Shown here: one piece after another, positions 54,060 through 64,000 of the stretch
Position numbering within the stretch: the first letter of the stretch is position 1
Layout: each line of letters begins with the position of its first letter
Source: Octopus vulgaris
Taxonomy: Eukaryota
Length of the DNA stretch: 64,000 nt
Assembly (NCBI GenBank): GCA_951406725.2
Contig: OX597837.1
Coordinates: 18,166,001 to 18,230,000, forward strand
Direction: 5' to 3'
The notes under the pieces: model-generated
What the model was told of the DNA's origin: nothing
Databases searched by the model: none
The model's input: only the letters and a program-made list of their open reading frames with translations
Program-made: the position numbers and the translations under genes

Positions 54060-55520
54060 ATTGGAGCCTATTCTCAAGGTTTCTATTTGTAGAAGGTTAA
54101 AGAGTAAAATATATCATCTGCATGGGATTGTGTAGTAGGATATTATTGTAAGGGAGACATAACCTTAGAGTTCATCAGAGCATATAGAGTATAATTCAAA
54201 AGGAGTCCTCTCATCAAGTGCTACAATAGGACAGTCTGTCTGGAAACTTAATTTCTAAGAGACAGGCTACTTAAGATTTTCTTATGCCAAAGACAATCAA
54301 CAGTTTTGTCTTCTAAAATTTTCAGTGGTGAGTAACAGAGAGGATCAAGTCTCTGGTGGATCTGGAGGCTGTACCAGTGGTCACTGAGCATGATGAATGG
54401 GGTCACCATTGACAGGGATTTCTTTTATCCCTGAGATACTGGAAACATGTGCTAGATGTTGGTAAGAGTTGTTGCTTTTTGAGAGGCAGGACACTAGGGT
54501 GCTTACAAAGCTTGGGATAAACCAGAGAGAGAGAGAGAGCTGGTGATTGAGGACTTTGGTGATAATAAGAACAAGTTCTGAAAGATACATTAGTGGGATA
54601 GGTTGTGTTTGATGTGATCATAGAAGTTTTCAAACTTGGTAGCCCTGGAAGTGTGGAGAAGGAGAGTTGAGAGCTGGATTTCATTTTATTTGTGTGTATG
54701 TGCACTTTCAGTGTAGAGTTGGACAAAGCAAGTAACAAATGTAGATTATTTCAGTGAGTATATTATTGACTCAGCTGTTCTGTTTAAGGAATGACAAGTA
54801 GAAATTTTGAAGATTTGATAGAGATCCTTTTAGCAAAGGATCACAAAGCTTTATTACAATTTTGGAAGTTGAAATGTTTGCTAGTTTTGCATTATAAAAA
54901 GGCATCCTTTGCTATGTTATTATTTTTAATAGTAATCATGTAGGTATTACAATGGTGTATTATGTTGGTTATCCAGGAATTGCATTAGTGGGTTCTTTTG
55001 CTCATACTGCTGTAACAGCTGTGTGTAAACTAGTTGAGGATTTTGAGAATATGAGCTTCATTGTGTGATGAATTTGAAGGGTCATACCTTGGACTCATAT
55101 TTGTCACCGGCTTAACTATTAACAAATAAATCAGGTATGAAACACATTTACAGCCAGTAGATAAGCATATACCTAAAGCTTTAAGTAGTTAGCTAATTTG
55201 AACAGAGGATTCAATATGCAGTGTGTTACATCTATTACACAGTGATCAGCCATGAGGAAGAGATCAAGGGTATTTATTGTTTGTATCAGTCAGGGATGTA
55301 GGTATTTGGAGATACCAACTAATACAGATAGTTGATCATGGCATATAATTTGATTGGTGCATTAGCAGTGTCAATGTAGGAGGGATGTGTATTTTGAAAT
55401 TCCTTAGTATCTAATTACTATAGAAAGAATGGTGGTGTGAGACAGATGTCTTCAATGTAGAAAGTGAGATAATTTAATAGCTAATGATGGTTGGAAGATT
55501 TCAGGGATTTTAAAGGCAGT
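54060..55520 (-). mobile_element. Possible very old Penelope-like relic
   Basis: Weak fragments (NPLFKLANYL, LSELVLIITK, LLEIKFPDRL) and a CTGATGA...GAAAC pair at its downstream end. Confidence 0.3.
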
Positions 55521-55544
55521 GGATGAAATTTACAGGAGTAAAGT

Positions 55545-55690
55545 ACAAGGGTCAGCTAAAAGGTTCTTAGGCTGACCAAAATATTCTCATGGAATGTGAC
55601 CAAATGAGGTTTATTTTCCAATATAGTCCCCTATGTGATCCATCAATGTTGCAGTACTTGAATCCCATTGGTGAAAAAGTTTTCATCAAA
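55545..55690 (-). mobile_element. Mariner terminal fragment related to 58884-60137
   Basis: gctgaccaaaata....tggaatgtgaccaaat shared with 58909-58960. Confidence 0.7.
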
Positions 55691-56246
55691 CAAGATGTGG
55701 TCCTCTGACCTATTGAATCCTGTCAAAACCCATGCTAATATAGAAAGCAGATGATAATGATGAAAGATTAGAAACCTTATTCTTATAATTTGTAAAATTT
55801 AAACTGTTACACCTATTCCAAACTATATACACAAATACATTTATCAAATGTGTATATATTCATATATCCTTATTTGCTTCCTGGTGCATCGTGTTTTATA
55901 TGAATTGTATTTGACTTAGAATGCTTCACAGAATTATTTTTTCAAAAAAAGGCCAATTAAACAAATTAGAAATTTTACCAAATGAAACGTTTATATATTT
56001 ATTGGTATGAAAGAATGCTTTGTAAACCACTCTTTCTGTACCTAAATCGATATTTTAATGACTAATGACACAAACTCTGGTGATGCCAATAGAAAATATA
56101 GGATGTGAATTTCTACAGTGTTCTGTGGTGAACAAAATATTTAGTAACCACTGAAGAGATAACACCACCAATTAGTTTGTTGCATGTGTAACATGGCATT
56201 TTATTTCTTTATTATTTATTGTTGCTGTTGTATCTTTCTTTTCTAG

Positions 56247-56337
56247 GAGGAACTGATTGGGAAAAGTATCTACAACATTATCCACGTTGGTGACCATGCC
56301 CAATTTAGCGGCAAACTACTTCCTATGTCCTATGGCG
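56247..56337 (+). CDS. NCOA: NCOA exon, PAS-A
   Basis: ttctAG; EELIGKSIYNIIHVGDHAQFSGKLLPMSYG; GTAAGA donor, phase 1. Confidence 0.95.
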
Positions 56338-58639
56338 GTAAGATAATGTTAAAAACCTTTTTTTTTTTAACCTATCATTTGATGTGAACACATTTTCTTT
56401 TACAGAAATATATATTCCACTTATTCTCTCCATCCCTCTTCTACAAACATTTTGTACTTCACTATTTAATTTTGCTGTGTCATTTATAATCCACAAGTTC
56501 TAGTCATAATAGCGTTGGAATCCCATAAATGGAATTTGTTTCCTGGAAATTGCATTTCTATCCAAAAACTAGATTCCTGGTTGTTAGTCAGTTGAGTAAT
56601 TAGTTGAAGCAGAGCAACTTTTTCAATCTTTAAGCTGATTTTCTGCATCAGGATTTAAACATTCTCAAGAAATTGACCTCATTAAGGATATTGGTTTGAG
56701 CTGGTTGTGTTAGTTTTATAGTGCTCTCTCTCTCTCTCCCCCGCCTCTCCTCTCCCCTCTCTCTCACACATGCGCGCACACACACACAAAACTTTTCAAT
56801 ATTTCTGCCATATAGAGAATTCATCAATGTAATATGCTGCTTTGTGTTACGATTTCTTTTTGTCCTTGATTCTAATAGAATGTGCTTTAACATAGAGAAA
56901 CCTTTTGTTCAGTGAATTCAGTTTTTTGGGGGGTTTTTTAATCTCCTTACCTTACTACCTTGCTAGAAGATATGTTCTAGAGACCTATTTTGCAATAATA
57001 TTGGGTATAAAGGTCAAAATGGGTTCTTGTAAGATAAGGCACTTCGGTTTAGAAGTTTGCTTTGCAACTATGTAGTTCTGAGTTTGATCTCACTGTATAG
57101 TATTTGGGACAAAAGTTTTCTAACCTGACTTCAGGTTGGCCAATACCTTGCATGTGGAATCTGGTAGATGAGAACTGTTCAAAAGCTCATGTATGTGTGT
57201 ATGTGCATGTCTTTCAGCAATGAGCATCAACATAGAAGCCATTAAATCAGTACTTCTGAATGGAATCCCTTACCATTGTTTGTTTCCTTTGATTTGCACA
57301 AATAGTCTGTTGTCACACTCAGCCATTATAAAGGTAGTGAACCAGTGATTGGCCAGTTAGAAGTTTATAACCAGAAATGCTTATTACTCACAAAATGTGA
57401 AATAAAATATAGGTGTTTGACACTTCTCTCTTCACTGTCTAATTATTTGCTCTTCTCCTTTCTATCAGACATACTTGAAGTCATATACCTCATCTATCTC
57501 TTGTTCCTCTCTTCATTTTATTTCTTTAGTTGAAGTGATTTTTATAGTTTGTACTTCTCTCATATCTATCTGTCTGTCTGTGTATATCTATCTATCTATC
57601 AATATTTCCCCCATCTTTATCTATCTATAACACACACAAGTTGATAATTTTACTCCCTCTGCTCTGTTGCCCTGAACAGAGGTAAAATATTTAATGATCA
57701 GTTCATAATTCATGAGTACAACTTGGTTCTGCATTTTATTTATTACTGCATTATTACTTGTGGAAAAATAGTGTCTGCAACAGACAGGCTTCATACCCAT
57801 TGAGAAGATTTACTTGTCGTCTATTAAATATTTGTTTTAAGAGCCTCATGTGGAAACATATTCTTGTGATTTATTGTGACATATTCTTCCTTGCACCAAC
57901 CATTCCTGTAGCATTGTTGACATCCTAACTGCAGTAGAAGACTTAGAACAGCAGTAGAAAGTTGGTGAGGAGATATAACAATAACACTTAAAATATTAAC
58001 TGGTGATTATGATCCAAAGGTTATTCTCTTTAGTCTACAATGGTGTAATTAGATTTTGAATAGTTTATAGAAACACTGAATCTCCTGGCTTAGCTAATGT
58101 TGATGTTAAAATATTTCAGGTGCCTTTGTTGTTTAATGTAAGACTGTAAACCAGTAAAATTGTCTATCACTGCTCATAACTGTTGCTTTTAGTGATTTAA
58201 TAATGTAATTTGTTCAAAATGTAGTGTACTTTTACATCTTTTTTTTTTCTCATTGCTAGCAAAGTTCAGTTGGAGTTCACTGATTATTACATTTTCAGTG
58301 TTGATAGCTGTGAAATGGGATTGACATTATTAAGTAAGCAGACTGAAGCAGACAATAATCTACCTTGCCTAAAAAGCACTAAACAGTGACTGTAGAGAAA
58401 TTTGAACTGATGCTGCTTGTAGTCAATGAGGGTCCAGCACCTTGACTATTTTGTACCTTCCAGGACATGATAAATTGAATATCATAGCACTATTTGAATT
58501 GATCAGTTTATTGTTGGTAATCCAGCAACCTAACTTCACAGTGGTTCTTGTGTAAAGTGCTGTCGTTGATTTCATTCACTAACTTCTCTACCAAAATTTC
58601 AGGCCTTGTGCCCATGTTCAAAAGAATTATTATTATTAT

Positions 58640-60620
58640 GATGATGATGATGAGAAGTTTTCCTTTGATAGTCTCATGTGAGTTTTTACTGCACTCACTT
58701 CAGGAGTACCTTTGTGTTTTTGAGGGTGTGCAGTGTTGTGTTCTTATTTTTGTAGGGGTGGGGGGAGTATAGACTCCTACTGTAGGTGTACCGCACTAGT
58801 TTGTTTTGTTATGGGGTTTAGTTCCTTGTTATATTAGTGTGTGTAATGTGAGATGTATTATTTTATTGGACATTAATCTTGTTCAAGGGTTGGCTGAAAA
58901 GTTCAAAAGCTGACCAAAATACTTGTGGAATGTGACCAAATAAGGCTTAATTTTCAACATAGTCCCTCTTGCAGTCCACATGCATCTTCCCCCAGTGTTG
59001 CAGTACTTGGATCTCATTGGTGAAGAAGTGTTCATCCTGTTGGTCAAAAAAGTCATTGGCAGCAGACATAATATCATCAACATGGTGATACTGGTTCCCA
59101 GCCAAGTGTTTTTTTTTCTGTTGGGGAACAGCTGACAGTTCGAGGGGGCCAAATCTGAAGAAAAGGAATGAGGATCAACCATTTCAAATCCACAGTCATG
59201 CCCACACAATGACTTGTGTGCTGAAGCATTCTCCTGATGAAGACTCCTTTCATCCGTTTTCCTGGTCATTTGGTCTTGATAGCTTTCTGTAACTGCCTCA
59301 GCAAGTTAGCATAGTACTCTCCATTGATGGTGTATCTCTTTTGAAGGTAGTCAGTAAACACAATGCCTTTTGCATCCCAAAAAACTGGGGCCATCACCTT
59401 CTCTACAGAGGAAACAACCTTGGCCTTCTCTAGAGCAAGTGAGGAGGGGTGTTTCCATTGCATGAAATTTCTCTTTGTCTCTGGCTCAAAGTAATGAAAC
59501 CAACACTCATTCTGGTTTAGGAGACATTCAAGGAAATCAGCTGGATCTGTCTCAAAGAAGCTCAGATTTTCCCATGATGTAATCAGCCTGATGTGTTTTT
59601 GATCAAATATCAGAAGACATGGCACCCACCAAGCAGAAACCTTCATCATACCAAATTCATTGTGCAGAATATTCTCAACTCTCTCATGAGATATGCTGAT
59701 AGCATTGGCTATTTGATTTATAGTCAATCGCCTGTCATCCATCAGCATGTGCTGAACATGATCAATGTTTCCTTGATGGTGGCTGTTGCAAGACATCCAG
59801 AGCTTGGGTCGTCTTCAGGACTCCTAAATTCAGCTGCCCACGTTTGCACTGTTGATAAAGTTGGAGTCGTCCCCTAATGTAGCAACTATATAAGCATGAA
59901 TGTCTTTGGGGGCTAAACACTTTCTGAAAGTGTTTGATTACACTGCAATGCCTATTTTTGTCCATTTTCAAGAGAAGTTGCTACTCTAGTTACTTTTGAA
60001 CAGGGACCTATCAGTTTACCTGGAAAGAAACAATACAATTGATAAGAAAAAGAAGAGTTGAAATTAATGCATCAAGATATCACAGCTCTAGCATCACTTC
60101 CTCATTGTCAGCCTATGAATTTTTCAGCACATCCTCATCTATGTAGTGTGAGTTGTCTTGTTGTATAGGGTGTGTATTGTTTGTGAAGATTGTTCTATTT
60201 CAGCTATTCTATTGAATCAATATTGTCTTGCACAAGATGTGGGCTGTTCCTAGCAAAGCTATTTTTTAGGCAGTGTGTAGTGTTGTGAACCCTGGTTTGG
60301 TTTCTATGTTTCCTTTTCTATATTTCTAATTATACCTAATGCTCTAATTGCTAGTAGTACCATTTTCATCCTCCTATTCACCATCTTGAATATTTTAATT
60401 TCAAGATCCTTGTATTTTTACAGGTTCTCAATCTCTTTCTGGGGAACATTTTCATCAGAAGGGGTTGTGATGTCTACCAGTATGCATGTGTTTGCTTTTT
60501 GGCCTTTTTATTATTATATCTGGACAGTTTGCCTTGATCTCTTTGTCAATTTGGATGGGTATTTCCCAGGTTGTTATTAATGTGTTCAGTACCTTCTTGT
60601 ATCACTTATATGTTCTCATT
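58640..60620 (-). mobile_element. R4/Dong-like non-LTR relic with restriction-like endonuclease, interrupted by a mariner
   Basis: Minus 60250-60600 reads WEIPIQIDKEIKANCPDIIIK...LVDITTPSDENVPQKEIE...KYKDLEIKI...AIRALG, like the RLE 'PD..D...K..KY' consensus; assignment of 58640-58880 as its 3' UTR is inference. Confidence 0.6.
58884..60137 (-). mobile_element. Mariner transposon, near full length, degraded
   Basis: Imperfect TIRs; KVSAWWVP, KVMAPVFWDAKGI, TINGEYYANLL, SSDLAPSN motifs. Confidence 0.9.
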
Positions 60621-61398
60621 GCCCTGTGGATGTAGCTGCCAACGCAATCATGCCTGTGGATATACTCAGATGTGGCAAGGGTTATTATTATTGTTATTAT
60701 TTCCATTACATTCCTTTTGCAGATCATAGAAGTGAGGAAAAGTTGTGATAAATCATGTGAAGTTTAACATCTTGTGGGGTTTTTTTTTTAAAGTTCTAAT
60801 ATTACTGGGACTGGTTTTTAATTTCTGTGTTGATGAGCTTTCATAAAATAGTACCAGTTTTATAAGAATAGTCTAGGATGAAATGTATTCTATGCTCTAG
60901 TCTGATAAATAGCTAATCGGTATTCACAGTCAAGGACAAATAATAATCACATTTAAGTTTTTTTCTTGAAAATGAAATTTGTATTATATAAATTCATGTA
61001 CCACAAGGGAAAGCAAATACTGACAATTTAGAGAGCATCCTTTCTTGCCAGAAAGCTCCGTCTCCAATTTCCTTGGATCTTCTTCCTCTACAAGTCTGGC
61101 ATCTTTTTCAGATAGCTGAGCACCACAAAAGCCTTTAATGATTTTTTAAAACTCATTACCTGTGAAGTTCTAGTTCAGTATCTTATCCATTCTGCTCTAT
61201 TCTATTTTAATAATATAAATAATAATAATACACTAAGATAATTTAACCAGTTATATACCACCTGTACACTAAGTGAAATGATATTCAGTATTCATTTTGT
61301 TTCTTTTGCTCTTCTGCTGAGTCATTTCATTTATTGAAACTGAATGAGTCTCAGCATCACCATTATTGTGAAGTGTCCCTTTGCAATTGTTGTTACAG

Positions 61399-61476
61399 GC
61401 TCCAGTGCTTGGCCATCAGACAACTCTGCTGCGAAAGGGAAGACTTTTTTCTGTCGGATGCTGATCAAGCCTTCAG
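61399..61476 (+). CDS. NCOA: NCOA exon, PAS-A
   Basis: ttacAG; (G)SSAWPSDNSAAKGKTFFCRMLIKPS (p160 'W.....TF.CRML' motif); GTAAGA donor, phase 1. Confidence 0.92.
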
Positions 61477-61486
61477 GTAAGACTAG

Positions 61487-61615
<129 letters not shown>

Positions 61616-62472
61616 TGTGTCATAAAGTACCATCTTGAAACAATGTGTGTTAGTTTTCTATGTGAATGCACAAAAAAAATATTTCATTTCATTTTGTTTA
61701 ATGATTTATTGCTATCATTCAACTATTCATTTAATATTTTTCCATGTTTGCATCTCTAATTTCATTTATCTCCATAGGAACCATACCACCTACCTCATAT
61801 TCCCGTCAGATATTGTATAGAGGACATGAGGTTTTATTGCTTGATGCCCTTCCTAATAGTAAAGGTCGATTGGAGTGCATTTAGTGTTGCATCAGCATCA
61901 GAAGGACTTCTAACAAACCCTCATTTCTCCATCAGTTTTCAGAAATAGAAAAACTTGCTATTATATACATTGAGCTATTCATTTACATTTCAGAAAGTTA
62001 GTTTAAGAGTTAAACAAACCACTTCTAACCACTTCATAATTAAAACTAATAACTGTAAAGTTAGACTTACTAGATTTGTTGTTGAACGGTGGAATAGCAG
62101 AAATGGTGTTTTGGGTAGTGAAATTACAAAAATGATATAGTAAGTTCCAATCCAATAAAAGCATTACCATTCTTTGCTTTTGAGTTACTAAAATAGTACC
62201 AGGCATATACTAGGATACTTCTTTCAATTTTATTTATCTCTACAAATTTATTTCCTTATACCTATATAAAATCATTTTAGTGTTACATGTGGTGGTTTGG
62301 CAGAAATGATAGCTGGGTTAGAAGAGCCAAACAGTATTTAGTTTTATCATCTTCTTACAGTATTCAAATCCAGTCAGGATTATGGCAATTTTCATCAGCC
62401 TGCTGTTAATAAAATAAAAGAAATCATTATCATCAGCTGTTAATTAGACTTGATTGGGATTTATTGTTACAG

Positions 62473-62574
62473 GTGAAGACAGTAGTGATGATGCCCAAGT
62501 GGAACATATGCAGATATCCACTGCAGTTCAACCCTGCATTGGGGAAAAGTTTTCAGATTCTCAAGAGGATTCAG
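62473..62574 (+). CDS. NCOA: NCOA exon, PAS-A C-terminal part
   Basis: ttacAG; (G)EDSSDDAQVEHMQISTAVQPCIGEKFSDSQEDS (cf. p160 'E.MQ.....QP'); GTAAGC donor; phase 1/1 fits both neighbours. Confidence 0.88.
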
Positions 62575-63222
62575 GTAAGCTTCATATGTGATATGTAATT
62601 TACAAAATTATACGAAATATGTAATAGCCAAAAGTTTCCTGTTCTCTAAGCTTCTTTTACTAATGGCAGTCTAACTTAATGCAAAAAGGGACAACTATTT
62701 ACTTGAGGCTTTATTTGCTTCAACCTCAAGAAACTAAAGATTGACATTGTTGAACATCTCTTTGACAGTTGTTTTAAAAGTGGCTGTGATGACTCTTTTC
62801 ATATTGCTTGTCACTCAGCATTGAGTAGAACTCTCCATTAAATGGACAATCTCAGCATGGATGAGATATTACACAAACAATGACTACATAACCATTACCA
62901 GATGTTTTATGTGAGTCTAATTTGTGTAGTTGAGAAGAACAACCACTAATGTTTGTCTAGTTCTGCCTTTGGACAAGACCATAGTAAGTTACTAAATGAA
63001 CTACAGTATAGTCAGTACTCTGCGAGTAAACTGGTCTTTCCCAGAATAGTAATCAAGAATTGAAACTGGAACAGTTCTTGTTTCTTGTCAAAGAACACAA
63101 GCACAGCATAGATAAGAGACTGGATTTAAAATGTAATCATTTTCATGGTATTGTTTTTCGGTGTGTTCATTCTTCAATTCCTTTGTTTATTCACATTTTA
63201 AAAGTGTTCTTTTTTTTTATAG

Positions 63223-63346
63223 AGCGGCAGTCTTGCTTACTTTGTATAGCTAGGCGGGATAAAACGCATGATAAGATGAGTGCAACCATGAAAAAATTTA
63301 CTACAAAACAGGATTTAAATGGAAAAATTATTGCCTGTGATGCAAG
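63223..63346 (+). CDS. NCOA: NCOA exon, end of PAS-A / start of PAS-B
   Basis: T-rich tract + atAG; (E)RQSCLLCIARRDKTHDKMSATMKKFTTKQDLNGKIIACDA (cf. 'QSCLICVARR...F.TKQD..GKI'); GTATGG donor, phase 2. Confidence 0.93.
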
Positions 63347-63599
63347 GTATGGAAAAAAATTTTCCTTTTTATATATAAATCTGTTATTGGAGAAGGTACA
63401 TCACCTATTAGAATTGTTCTCATTATTTTTACTACTGAAATAGAGAAAACCATGTTAACAGAATGTCAGTCTGAATAGTTTGTAGTCTATCAGCATCACT
63501 GCAGTGTGTTAATGGTCACCATATGTAATTCTCATCTCACTGTAAGTGCCAGTTGATGGTATATCTTATCATTGTAAGCAGTAGCACTATAAAATTAAT

Positions 63600-64000
63600 G
63601 ATTGTTTCATAAGTTTTCAATACTAAGTCCAGTTCTTCCAGGAAATGTCAACTTAAGAGAGCAATGTATTATTGTCATGCTCCTATAATGTAGTGGGGGA
63701 AAGGTACAAATTCTTCTGGGAGGGTAACAACAACAGAGTGTGTACAGGAATTGTGTTGCTAGCAGACAAATGAATAGAGTAATTGAAGTACTCAGTGTCC
63801 AGTAACATAATTAAACTTAGGCTTGTCATAGACAGTCCTTCTGCATGTGCACCACAACTAAGACTGACAGATGTGTGTAGTAGCTAGTGAGACTGCAGAG
63901 CAACAAAAGGAGAGTTTGATTTGTTGCAGATGTATGTAGTGTGCTGTTGGAATAAAGAATAGCAGCAAACACAGAAGCTTTATCTGCAAGAGTGCTTCTT
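63600..64000 (+). mobile_element. Degraded RTE APE endonuclease region
   Basis: YKFFWEGN...GIVLLADK* resembles RTE endonuclease 'YK.FW.G....GVG.LLA..W'. Confidence 0.55.

Overview
AT-rich, microsatellite- and transposon-dense eukaryotic (animal) genomic DNA. The SINE/RTE repertoire looks like a coleoid cephalopod, probably Octopus (inference from repeat families, not proven). The only host gene I can support is a + strand p160 nuclear receptor coactivator (NCOA/SRC/Taiman family, bHLH-PAS). Seven internal coding exons (17519-63346, 756 nt) join in frame through GT-AG introns and encode bHLH, PAS-A and the start of PAS-B. The first coding exon and the rest of the gene are not identifiable in the window. 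The introns hold four Tc1/mariner elements, piggyBac-like and pogo-like MITEs, a Gypsy LTR element lacking integrase, RTE LINEs (one with a nested LINE), relics of R4/Dong-like and Penelope-like elements, and many tRNA-derived SINEs, including a head-to-tail array. The most notable item is a ~1 kb intronic palindrome (28862-29848) carrying a type I hammerhead ribozyme motif on the sense strand, preceded by its own antisense copy. Several other foldback structures could form long intronic dsRNA. Most ORFs in the supplied track are spurious.
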